Positions 40,485 through 49,331 of a DNA stretch of 64,000 nt are shown one piece after another (within the stretch, counting starts at the first letter, position 1; each line of letters opens with the position of its first letter). Position numbers and translations under genes: made by a program. The notes under the pieces are model-generated. The model searched no databases and had not been told where the DNA came from. It saw only the letters and a program-made list of their open reading frames with translations. The stretch is taken from contig JAZTWI010000015.1 of NCBI GenBank assembly GCA_045635805.1, positions 3,474 through 67,473 on the forward strand, in the 5' to 3' direction. Source of the stretch: Clostridia bacterium (GTDB taxonomy: Bacteria > Bacillota > Clostridia > Christensenellales > UBA1242).

Positions 40485-41876
40485 TTAAGCTAATCTATTA
40501 GCAATATCTCTAGCAGCAACTAGACCGGTAGCTGCAGCAACAACGATATTACCAGACTTACCAGCACCATCTCCGATAAAGTAGATGTTTTTCTCAAGTG
40601 CCTTGAAGTTATTATCTGTCTCTACTTCGTTACTGAAGAATTTGATTTCTGGACCATAAAGTAGAGTCTCGTCATTATTAACACCCGGCATAATCTTATC
40701 TAATTCTTCTAGACCTTCTAGGATATTAGTGATAATTCTATATGGCATTACGAGTGCTAGGTCTCCAGCAACACAGTCCTTTAGTGTTGGCTCGATGAAT
40801 CCCTTATTGATTCTATGCCAATCACTTCTTCTACCTGTTCTTAGGTCTCTTAATGACTGAATAATAGGCTTCTTGTCTCCTAGAACGTTTGCAATTCTAG
40901 CGATAGACTCACCAAATTCTCTAGTATTAGTTACAGGCTCTGTTAGGTTTACCTTACTAATAAATGCAAAGTTAGAGTTATTTGATTTCTCATCTTTTAG
41001 TGCGTGACCATTTACACAGATATAACCATTGTAATTTTCTTTGGTTACAAAGCCACCTGGATTAGTACAGAAAGTTCTAATCTCATCTGCATAAGTCTTA
41101 GTTTTGATAAAGATAGTTGGGTCGTAGATAACATCAGTAATTCTCTTTAAGATTTCCTTTCTGGTCTCTACTCTTACACCAATCTCAATGCTTTGTGAAT
41201 TGTATGGAATTGACAATCTATCTAGTAATTCTTGAGCCCAACCAGCACCTGTTCTACCAGGGGCAACAACTGCGTATGTTGCAGTAAGTGATGCTTCTTT
41301 ACCCTTATATTTATAAATAATCTCATTGCTATCTGCAGTTGCTTTGATATCTAATACATCAGCATCTTCTAGTACTTCTACGCCATTATCTCTCAAATAA
41401 TCTGTGAAGTTTTTGATATAAGTAGGCAAGTGGTCAGAACCTAAGTGTTTTTGTTTGATAAGTAGCAGTCTAGCACCCTTTAGAGTAACTAGTTCCCTTA
41501 CCCTTTGACTCTCTTCGGTATTCTTAGGATATACATCTGCATCCATACCAAATTCATTGAAGATTTCTTCGGTCTCATCAATCAATTTATACGCTTCGCT
41601 CTCACTCATATATTTGAATAAGTCTGATTTTCCTAGTTTAGGAATAAAGTTTAATTTACCATCAGAAAAAGTACCTGCTCCACCATAACCAGATAGAATT
41701 TGGCAAGGTACACAGTTAGCACATTTACCAGATGTCTTCATAGGACAATTTCTATTTTCAGCAAGCTTTCCTTTGTCCATTAGTACAACTTTCGCTTTTG
41801 GATTTTTCTTAATAACTTCATATGCAGTAAATAGTCCAGCTGGACCTGCACCGATAATTGCTACATCAAAATTCAT
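40485..41876 (-). CDS. Uncharacterised FAD-dependent oxidoreductase (COG2509-like)
   Basis: GAGPAG Rossmann motif, GYGGAGTFSDGKL, RTFCTNPGG, VNGH, YGPEIKF, IGDGAG..GNIV.AAATG; N-terminal Cys cluster CPM..SGKCANCVPC. Confidence 0.85.
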   Translation of the reverse strand: MNFDVAIIGAGPAGLFTAYEVIKKNPKAKVVLMDKGKLAENRNCPMKTSGKCANCVPCQILSGYGGAGTFSDGKLNFIPKLGKSDLFKYMSESEAYKLIDETEEIFNEFGMDADVYPKNTEESQRVRELVTLKGARLLLIKQKHLGSDHLPTYIKNFTDYLRDNGVEVLEDADVLDIKATADSNEIIYKYKGKEASLTATYAVVAPGRTGAGWAQELLDRLSIPYNSQSIEIGVRVETRKEILKRITDVIYDPTIFIKTKTYADEIRTFCTNPGGFVTKENYNGYICVNGHALKDEKSNNSNFAFISKVNLTEPVTNTREFGESIARIANVLGDKKPIIQSLRDLRTGRRSDWHRINKGFIEPTLKDCVAGDLALVMPYRIITNILEGLEELDKIMPGVNNDETLLYGPEIKFFSNEVETDNNFKALEKNIYFIGDGAGKSGNIVVAAATGLVAARDIANRLA

Positions 41877-42170
41877 AGTTTCTCCTTTCGTGCTAGTATT
41901 TATATGTATAATACCAGACTCTTATCTCTCTTTTGTCCGTATGTAGTATACCATAACTTTTTTGTTTTTCCTACAAGTTTTTAATTACATATCTTCTAAA
42001 ATTCCCTAAAAACGTCTATTTTTTATTATTTCATACCTTGATTTTGGGTAAAATCACTATATTTTAGCCATAAAACCTTTAAATCGCCCCACAAATTACC
42101 CTTTAACCCTTTAAATTTTGGCTTAATTATGCTATAATATATCAAATAAACATTAAGGGGGTATAAGATT

Positions 42171-42785
42171 ATGAGTTTCATGGATTTTATTAAAAGAAGA
42201 AAAACCCAAAGCAAAGAAGTTACAAAAGCAGCTGCCGAGATTTTCGACAGACACAGTATGATGATTTCAAACATTGTAGACCTAGAGCAAGGTTACAATT
42301 GCTACCCAGAAGGCTGGAGACACACTGAGTGGTCTCATAGTGTGGACGCAAATGGTCAAGTTAATGGTTTAACCAAAACTACTAAGTATGCCGATGGAGT
42401 CACACCTGCCGACTATGAGTTTTTAGTATACAAGGGACTTAACGAAAGTGGTCAAATGAATACTCAATACTATGACGTAAAACCATCTGGAGACTTTTCT
42501 ACACCTCACAACTTAGCAGCCTTTACTCTTAGATATAATGCCAATGTAAATGGCCAATATATTCCTTGTGAAGCTACAATTAGAACAAATGGTGCAAGTA
42601 CTAAATTTGTCCCTGTAGACCCTAGGGAAGTTAAACCTATGGACCCTGAAGTAGACAAAAAGGCTTGTATGCCAGACCCTAGCGATATTACACATATTCT
42701 TACAGAGTATGCTAGAGTAATGGGTATCGAACTAGATAACGCTGTAGATGGTATAGAAGAGCCATGTGCAGGCTTTAAACTTTAA
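42171..42785 (+). CDS. Hypothetical protein (204 aa)
   Basis: Own TG-n-TATAAT promoter, AAGGGGG SD and a downstream terminator; no recognisable motif. Confidence 0.75.
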   Translation: MSFMDFIKRRKTQSKEVTKAAAEIFDRHSMMISNIVDLEQGYNCYPEGWRHTEWSHSVDANGQVNGLTKTTKYADGVTPADYEFLVYKGLNESGQMNTQYYDVKPSGDFSTPHNLAAFTLRYNANVNGQYIPCEATIRTNGASTKFVPVDPREVKPMDPEVDKKACMPDPSDITHILTEYARVMGIELDNAVDGIEEPCAGFKL

Positions 42786-42810
42786 TTATATGTAAAACCT
42801 AATATATGAT

Positions 42811-42842
42811 AAGGGAAGATGATATTCAGCTTCCCTTTTTTT
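42811..42842 (+). terminator. Terminator
   Basis: AAGGGAAG...CTTCCCTT stem plus a T-run. Confidence 0.75.
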
Positions 42843-42865
42843 ATTTTTATAATCTTTAGAAAATT

Positions 42866-42917
42866 AGTTGACTTTTCAACTAGTATGCACTATCATATAC
42901 TTGTTGATTTTTCAACA
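42866..42917 (+). promoter_or_regulatory. marR-degV promoter with two GTTGA-N4-TCAAC operator palindromes
   Basis: TTGACT (42868) - 17 nt - TATCAT (42891). AGTTGA-cttt-TCAACT (42866-81) overlaps the -35; TGTTGA-tttt-TCAACA (42902-17) lies after the predicted +1. Confidence 0.75.
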
Positions 42918-42930
42918 GGAGATAAAAATA

Positions 42931-43383
42931 ATGACAGAAAGATACAGGGACTTTACTGTTTTGATTACCAAACTAAATAGGAATATCAAGAGAATCAAAA
43001 CAGAAGAGATGAGTGAATTTAATTTACGTAGTCCACACGTTACCTGTCTATATTATTTATATAAGACGGGTGGAACTACAGCCAAGGACCTAGGAGAACT
43101 AGGACAGGAAGACAAGGCTACTATTTCTAGGTCAATAGAACAACTAGAAGGAGAAGGATACATTACTTGTCAAAGTTCACAAAAGAAAAAATACAATGCA
43201 GTGCTAAATCTTACTAACAAAGGTGAAGAAATAGCGCATAAAATTACTGAAAAAATAGACGCAATACTAACAATCGCAGGTGGAAGCATTCCTGATGATA
43301 AGAGAAAAATAATGTATGAATGCTTATCACTTATTAACGAAAACCTAGAAAATATTTGTAAAAATTATGAAGGAGATAAATAA
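42931..43383 (+). CDS. MarR-family transcriptional regulator
   Basis: wHTH pattern TAKDLGE...DKATISRSIEQLEGEGYI and LNLTNKGEE; start ATG 42931 after AGGAG. Confidence 0.9.
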   Translation: MTERYRDFTVLITKLNRNIKRIKTEEMSEFNLRSPHVTCLYYLYKTGGTTAKDLGELGQEDKATISRSIEQLEGEGYITCQSSQKKKYNAVLNLTNKGEEIAHKITEKIDAILTIAGGSIPDDKRKIMYECLSLINENLENICKNYEGDK

Positions 43384-43384
43384 T

Positions 43385-44233
43385 ATGGCAGTTAAAATTT
43401 TAATTGATTCCGCATCAGATATCACAGTAGAAGAAGGCAAGAAAATGGGTCTAGTAGTACTCCCTATCGAAGTAAATTTCGGTGGTGAAACATTTATGGA
43501 CGGAGAGACAATCTTTGCCGATGAATTTTATAATAAACTAGAGACAGCAACAGAACTTCCAAAAACATCACAAATCAATGGCTATAGATTTGAAGAAGAA
43601 TTCAAAAAACACATTGACAATGGCGATGAGATAGTTTGTTTGACACTATCTTCTAAGATTTCTGGAACATACAATAACGCAAGACTTACAGCTGAGATGT
43701 TCGAAGGAAAGGCCTATGCAGTAGATACACTAAATGCAACAGCTGGTATGAGAATACTTGCAGAATATGCTCTAAGACTAGTGAGTGAAGGTAAGAGTGC
43801 TAAAGAAATAGCTGAAGAACTAGATAAAAAGAAAAAGAAAGTAAGAGTCATCGCTATGATAGACACCCTAAAATATCTAAAAATGGGTGGCAGAATATCT
43901 GGTGCTGCAGCATTTATCGGTGGTATGATGAACTTAAAACCAATGGTTAGCCTTGTAGACGGAGAAGTAAAAGTAATCGGTAAATGTGTTGGCGCTAAAA
44001 AGGCAATTCAATTTATTAACCAAGCAGTTAAAGAGTCTGGTGGTGTGGATATGTCTATGCCATACTGCAATATTATCTCTGGTAACGACAATGCAAATTA
44101 TGATAAATATGCAGAAAGCAATGCCGAAATATACGGAGATATGGCAGGAAAGGTATCTGCTTATAAACTAGGTGCAACTATCGGTACACATATTGGACCT
44201 GGTGCTGTAGGCGCTGTATTCTTCGCTAATTAA
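43385..44233 (+). CDS. DegV family fatty-acid-binding protein (FakB-like)
   Basis: ILIDSASD, PKTSQ, LSSKISGTY, DTLKYLKMGGRI, IGTHIGPG; start ATG 43385. Confidence 0.92.
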   Translation: MAVKILIDSASDITVEEGKKMGLVVLPIEVNFGGETFMDGETIFADEFYNKLETATELPKTSQINGYRFEEEFKKHIDNGDEIVCLTLSSKISGTYNNARLTAEMFEGKAYAVDTLNATAGMRILAEYALRLVSEGKSAKEIAEELDKKKKKVRVIAMIDTLKYLKMGGRISGAAAFIGGMMNLKPMVSLVDGEVKVIGKCVGAKKAIQFINQAVKESGGVDMSMPYCNIISGNDNANYDKYAESNAEIYGDMAGKVSAYKLGATIGTHIGPGAVGAVFFAN

Positions 44234-44264
44234 TATAGAATATTTATTCAAAAATTCAATACAT

Positions 44265-44300
44265 AAAAAAACTAGAGTTCATAGCTCTAGTTTTATTTTT
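44265..44300. terminator. Bidirectional terminator
   Basis: AAAAAAACTAGAG...CTCTAGTTTT between convergent degV and EamA genes. Confidence 0.75.
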
Positions 44301-45151
44301 TATAAAGATATTAGCACTGCACCAAAGATAACTATGATAGCATAAATAATCTTCTTTGCAATATTCTTTTCTTTGAAGAATATAATACCTGCAAATACAG
44401 GAACTAAGGCTCTCATCTTAGATAACATAGAGATAGTTATCATCTGACTGCCTGGAACTCTGTAGGCAGAGAATAGTAAGAAATCTGCTGCAACTAGAGT
44501 TATTCCGAGCAAATATACCCAGATATTTTTAAAGTCATTTTTCTTTATTAAAAATTCTTTTTTCTTACCACTCTCAATAGCAAATAATATCCAAGCAAAG
44601 AATGCTGTAAATATAACAAACCAAAATTGTACTTGATGTGGAGTAAAGTAAGTGGTGGTATATTTATCAATAACCGAACAGGTCGCAGATACTATTGCAG
44701 TAAATATTAGCAAGATTAATTGAATAGCATTTACACTGCCCTTCTCCTTCTTTGTACTAAGGTTAAGTAGCGCTATTCCTCCGACAACTATAATAGAACC
44801 TATAATCTTAGTAGGAGTAGCCGCTTCCTTAAATATCACTACAGCCATTATAAAAGAGAGTGCTGCAGAGAGAATATTTGTGGTAGTTACAATAGACAAA
44901 TCAACCTTCTGAAGAACTTTTAATGTCACATACCAACTGAGTGCTAATATTAGACCCTTTAGTGCAAATAGTAGTACAAACTCTAGTGGCACTGCTACCC
45001 CAAAAGGAATATGAATAAGCATTAGAAGGGCGGCAATAGTAGTATATAACACAAGCACTGCTGTGTCACCACTTTTCTTTATTGCTACCTTTTGTATCGA
45101 ATTGTGTGAACCAAATAATAATATATATATCGATATTAGTAATATTTCCAT
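44300..45151 (-). CDS. EamA/DMT family transporter
   Basis: About 10 hydrophobic helices in two repeats; FKEAAT..KIIG and FFKEK....KII motifs. Confidence 0.85.
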   Translation of the reverse strand: MEILLISIYILLFGSHNSIQKVAIKKSGDTAVLVLYTTIAALLMLIHIPFGVAVPLEFVLLFALKGLILALSWYVTLKVLQKVDLSIVTTTNILSAALSFIMAVVIFKEAATPTKIIGSIIVVGGIALLNLSTKKEKGSVNAIQLILLIFTAIVSATCSVIDKYTTTYFTPHQVQFWFVIFTAFFAWILFAIESGKKKEFLIKKNDFKNIWVYLLGITLVAADFLLFSAYRVPGSQMITISMLSKMRALVPVFAGIIFFKEKNIAKKIIYAIIVIFGAVLISL

Positions 45152-45275
45152 ACCTAAGATTATATCAAAGATTATGCCTTTTGTGAAATGTAATTTATAT
45201 AGTTATTTTTCTTTAAAAGTATAAACAAAAAGACAGCCAAACCCCGGCTGTCCTATTAAATCAAAACAACAAATC

Positions 45276-46403
45276 TTACATACCCATAAAGTCTTCTATT
45301 TTAGCACTCTGTGGTGGATAGCTTAGCTCTCCTGCCATCTCAGGGTTCTTTTTTGCCAAATACTGAGTCCAGAATGCAAGGGTATTTGCTTTATCTCTAC
45401 TAGGAGATTTAGCAGTTCTATTATTCTCTGCTTCTTTCTTAAATAACATATGAATTTGGAAGTCACCAAGTAATGCATTCTGCACTACTTCGTAGTCACT
45501 ATCATAATAATTATAATCGTGTGGCTCTCCGTGACACATATAGTATTGTGTTCTATGTGGAGATACTGTACTCCTTAAGTAAAAAGATAAATCTTTGACA
45601 CTAGAATGCTCATACGCCTTGAAAATCAAATCTTTATTCTCTAAAACCTTCTTGATATCTAGTAATGCTAACGAATCAAATCCATCACACTCAATACCAG
45701 CACTTACTATGTCACTGTGACCTGGTAGTGTCTTAGGTAATTCTCTAATAGCTTCTTTACCAAATCTTCTAGCCTGTTCACATAGCATATCAGTAGAAAG
45801 ACTAGCAAGTAGTGTTTGTATGTCTTCTTCTTTTTTCTTATCATCAAATAATGTATAGCCAGGCATACAACGCTTAACTGTATATATAATATTATCTTCT
45901 GGAAATACTTCTGCTAACATTTCTACAAAAGCAGGATTCTTCATCTGCTCACCAAAACCACTAAGCATTAGATGTAAATCAAAATAAGACTTTCTCTGAT
46001 GTTTACCATTTTTATCTTTTGGACATCTTCTATCATACTCTAGACTAAGGTATTGTCTCATAAAGTCAACATCACCTAGTAATTCTTCTGTTCTAGGTCT
46101 AGCATAAGATAACATATCAGGTCTATTTCTATACATAGCTAGCATAAATCTGCTATCTCTTATTTGCTCATCAGTAAGACCAAGTGCAGCTTCTTGCAAG
46201 TCTGTCCTTCTATCCATAATATGAGCAAGAAAAGCATTATCAATTTCTTCTCTACTAGCATCAGGTTTAACATGAGCCCTTCTCATAGTTCTCCTGATAT
46301 CTCTCTGTCTTCTTCTTTGATATTTCTCTCTTTCTCTTGCCATCTCTTTTTCATATTGAGCATTGATTTCTTCAATAGTTTTTTCTCTACCAAAAATTCC
46401 CAT
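45276..46403 (-). CDS. Hypothetical helical protein with DUF4116-like segments; ends ...IEDFMGM*
   Basis: Start ATG 46403 after AGGGGG. N-terminal charged coiled coil. Segments DSRFMLAMY, GDVDFMRQY, KNPAFVEML and ENKDLIFKAY recall D/N-x-x-F-hydrophobic repeats. Confidence 0.65.
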   Translation of the reverse strand: MGIFGREKTIEEINAQYEKEMAREREKYQRRRQRDIRRTMRRAHVKPDASREEIDNAFLAHIMDRRTDLQEAALGLTDEQIRDSRFMLAMYRNRPDMLSYARPRTEELLGDVDFMRQYLSLEYDRRCPKDKNGKHQRKSYFDLHLMLSGFGEQMKNPAFVEMLAEVFPEDNIIYTVKRCMPGYTLFDDKKKEEDIQTLLASLSTDMLCEQARRFGKEAIRELPKTLPGHSDIVSAGIECDGFDSLALLDIKKVLENKDLIFKAYEHSSVKDLSFYLRSTVSPHRTQYYMCHGEPHDYNYYDSDYEVVQNALLGDFQIHMLFKKEAENNRTAKSPSRDKANTLAFWTQYLAKKNPEMAGELSYPPQSAKIEDFMGM

Positions 46404-46506
46404 AATATATAATCCCCCTAATCGCAAAAGTATTATAGCATAGTAGTCACACAAATTCAATACCCAAAGTAAAAAAAGAGCCCTGGGCTCTTCTATATAA
46501 TATATA

Positions 46507-47298
46507 TTATTTCTCTATACCTTTGTCTCTCATACGCTCTTCGTACATAGACACTACCTTCAGCATGTCTGGTGGAAGCTTCTCTAGAGCTTTCTTTTTA
46601 AGTTCTTCAGGTACACCATACATCGCTTCTGCCATACTACCCACAATACAAGCATTAGTATCTGTATCCCCACCAAATGATATAGCCCTTACGATACTAT
46701 CTTCAAAAGACGTGGAATTAAATAATGAATACAAGCACACATCCATAGTATCACTACAGGTATAATTAAACTTTTCTATATTGGGTTTTTTGACAGTAAT
46801 CCCTAGTTTGCTGACAATATCTTCCTTGCTCACGCCATTACGTGCATAAAATATTATTTTAGCCACCATGGTCGCAGCATTAACTGCGTCTTCTGTATTG
46901 TGTGATGGAATTGTTGCTAGTCTTGCATTTTCTTCTACTTCTTCTATGGTATCAAATAGATATCCTACAGGTGACACTCTCATCATAGCACCATTGCCAG
47001 AACTAGTACCCACATACTTATCTTTCGCCCATTTCATAAAACCTGGAGAAAATGATGTCTCAAAATACGGAGTATGCTCAGGCTTATAACCAGAATATCT
47101 ATTGCCCCAATCTCTCAAAGATTTACCATAGTCTCCACCTTGCAATATAGCATCAGCCACAGCCATGGTGAGTATGGTATCATCACTATAAAAACTATTT
47201 TCTTCTATTATATTATTGACCTTCACAGGACTCACTTTCTTAATCTGAGAATACTCATATATTGAACCTGCTAGGTCTCCTATAATCGCTCCAAACAT
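46507..47298 (-). CDS. ADP-ribosylglycohydrolase (DraG/ARH family)
   Basis: GAIIGDLAGS.YE, SDDT, GNGAMMRVSP, SHN and GGDTDT..CIVGSMAEA: the Mg-binding motifs are complete. Confidence 0.92.
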   Translation of the reverse strand: MFGAIIGDLAGSIYEYSQIKKVSPVKVNNIIEENSFYSDDTILTMAVADAILQGGDYGKSLRDWGNRYSGYKPEHTPYFETSFSPGFMKWAKDKYVGTSSGNGAMMRVSPVGYLFDTIEEVEENARLATIPSHNTEDAVNAATMVAKIIFYARNGVSKEDIVSKLGITVKKPNIEKFNYTCSDTMDVCLYSLFNSTSFEDSIVRAISFGGDTDTNACIVGSMAEAMYGVPEELKKKALEKLPPDMLKVVSMYEERMRDKGIEK

Positions 47299-47369
47299 AA
47301 TATCGTCTCCTATTCGTAATATATTTTATCACAAAGTAGATATATATTCAATAACAAAAAAAGAACTCT

Positions 47370-47885
47370 TTAATCAAAGAGTCCCCTTTTCTTTCTCATA
47401 TCAAATACTGCAGGAATAAATGATGGTACATATGGAATAAATTTGTCCTTTGCAACTAAGTCCATTATCTCTTCTTTACTTGCCCACTTAACTTCTGCCA
47501 CTTCTTCTTTTTGGATTACGATATCTTCTATAGCAATATCTTTTTCGATAAAGTAGTAATCATCAAAGCCACCTTCGAAATTAATAGTTAAGTGTGGCCT
47601 ATGGTTAGTAAAGTCATAATCAACACCTAATTCTTCTAGGAGCTCTCTATGTGCTGTCTCCTTTGAATATTCTCCAGAAATAGAATTGCCACCACAGGAG
47701 AAGTCCCATTTACCTGGATATACCTTTTTATCTTCCACTCTCTTCTGAATAAGCATCTCGCCTTTAGAATTAAATAGACAAATATGTATAACTAGTCTAT
47801 TCTCTCCTACTCCACATTTCTCGCCCCTGACTAGGCTTTTGCCTGTCTTATGCCTTTCATCATCATAGATATCAAATCTTTCCAT
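47370..47885 (-). CDS. Nudix hydrolase (IDI-like/YfcD-type)
   Basis: LIQKR...K.YPGKWD..CGG and Nudix box GE.S.ETAHRELLEELG; start re-picked at ATG 47885 after GAGGT. Confidence 0.9.
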   Translation of the reverse strand: MERFDIYDDERHKTGKSLVRGEKCGVGENRLVIHICLFNSKGEMLIQKRVEDKKVYPGKWDFSCGGNSISGEYSKETAHRELLEELGVDYDFTNHRPHLTINFEGGFDDYYFIEKDIAIEDIVIQKEEVAEVKWASKEEIMDLVAKDKFIPYVPSFIPAVFDMRKKRGLFD

Positions 47886-47911
47886 AAAATCTTCTAACCT
47901 CAACTATTTTA

Positions 47912-47940
47912 ATTATATAAGATACTATCTTATAGGTCAA
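47912..47940 (-). promoter_or_regulatory. Nudix gene promoter containing a perfect 19-bp palindrome
   Basis: TTGACC - 17 nt - TATAAT on the minus strand; TATAAGATA-c-TATCTTATA at 47916-47934. Confidence 0.7.
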
Positions 47941-47960
47941 ATAAATACCCCTTCTCACTC

Positions 47961-47995
47961 AAAAAGAAAAAGGTAGACAATACGTCTACCTTTTT
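47961..47995 (-). terminator. Terminator of the phosphoesterase pair
   Basis: AAAAAGGTAGAC-aatac-GTCTACCTTTTT. Confidence 0.85.
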
Positions 47996-47996
47996 A

Positions 47997-49328
47997 TTAC
48001 ATACCACCTTTCTCGTCTATCTCTGCAGATGCAGAACCTTCGATAATTGTTACAGGTTTTTTGAGTGGGACATTGCTACCCAAGTCTTCTAATTGTGCAG
48101 GGGCTTGTGGGGTAATTGTTTTACCTTTCTTTGCTGCGATATATGCTGCAATATCACTATTAGTAGCAGCTGTTTTCTTGTTATTGATTAAGATTTCTCT
48201 TATTCTCTTTCTACCTTCTTCTCTAGGAGAAGCAATAGCAGAAGAGAATCTATCTACAAAGCCTTGAACTAATCCATCGGTTCTAGCTTCGATTTCGTTT
48301 TCAATTCCAGCAACTAATTCATCTGTGCCTTTTAATTTAATCTGGTGTGCTGTATATTGAATAGGATTAACTCTAACAATATATGGTCTATCTCCTTCCA
48401 TTTCTGGAGCTCTCTCTTCGACAGTAACCTTGTACCAGAAACTATTAGGTGGTAATTCGCCATCTTTTATAGAGTTATACTCAGCACCCGCTGTCATAGC
48501 ACCCTTAAATGGAGTGTATGAGCCACCAGATAGCAAGTAAATAGGTTTCTTTCTAATGTGTGTACCATCACTCTCGCCTACAACTGCTGTTTTAAAGTAA
48601 TTCATTGTAGTTCTAGCAATATAGATATCTGCGCCACCCCTTTTGGTTGCTCTCTCTTCCATCTTACGACCGATATAAGCACCCGTTGTAGCACTATTAT
48701 TCCAATTTATAGTTCTAATACCTACATTTGCTCTGCCAACCATATCGTCTTCGAGTGCTACATTAACTAAGGCGTCATTACAAACTTTCTGTTGAAGTCC
48801 TAATGCTTCTTGTAGTACGTCTAGCACGTCGATTTGGTGATTTTTAAGTATTCTATGCTCTTCTGTTCCCCTAACCATAGCAACAATTTTGCCCTGGTCA
48901 GCAAGGTCTTTAAATAATGAATAGAAGTACGCAATCTGCTCTTGGTAAGATAGTAGCCTTCCGTGTTGAGTCTTTGGAATATAACTAAATAATCCACCAT
49001 TTAGTATAACTATTGCATTTTCACTATCTCTCATTAGAGATACATTGTACTCTAATTCCTTAAGATATGGATTTCTCTTAGAGATATGCTCTCCTGCAAA
49101 GTCTACGCTAGTTCCAGCATAGCCCATATCTACATTACTAATCTCATTTAGTCCAATGCTATCTCTAGGCATAGCGTAATTAAATACATTAGGTGCAGTT
49201 CTAGAGATATCTACTTCTGCACTATCTAGTATTCTCTCTCTAATGTAATCACCACTTCTTCTAATGTAATCTACATCGATTTTATCATCAACTTCGCCTT
49301 GAGCGATTTTAGTTACAATATCTGCCAT
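47997..49328 (-). CDS. Degenerate (metal-ligand-less) paralog of the upstream calcineurin-like phosphoesterase; ends ...IDEKGGM*
   Basis: Collinear similarity to 49332-50543 (ENAIVILNG/ENAVIFILG; LSYQEQ/LSPQEQ; DLADQGKIV/DLNDTGKIV; GTEEHRI/GNHEDRI), but DxH, GD, GNH and GHxH are all substituted. Confidence 0.7.
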   Translation of the reverse strand: MADIVTKIAQGEVDDKIDVDYIRRSGDYIRERILDSAEVDISRTAPNVFNYAMPRDSIGLNEISNVDMGYAGTSVDFAGEHISKRNPYLKELEYNVSLMRDSENAIVILNGGLFSYIPKTQHGRLLSYQEQIAYFYSLFKDLADQGKIVAMVRGTEEHRILKNHQIDVLDVLQEALGLQQKVCNDALVNVALEDDMVGRANVGIRTINWNNSATTGAYIGRKMEERATKRGGADIYIARTTMNYFKTAVVGESDGTHIRKKPIYLLSGGSYTPFKGAMTAGAEYNSIKDGELPPNSFWYKVTVEERAPEMEGDRPYIVRVNPIQYTAHQIKLKGTDELVAGIENEIEARTDGLVQGFVDRFSSAIASPREEGRKRIREILINNKKTAATNSDIAAYIAAKKGKTITPQAPAQLEDLGSNVPLKKPVTIIEGSASAEIDEKGGM

Positions 49329-49331
49329 ACT

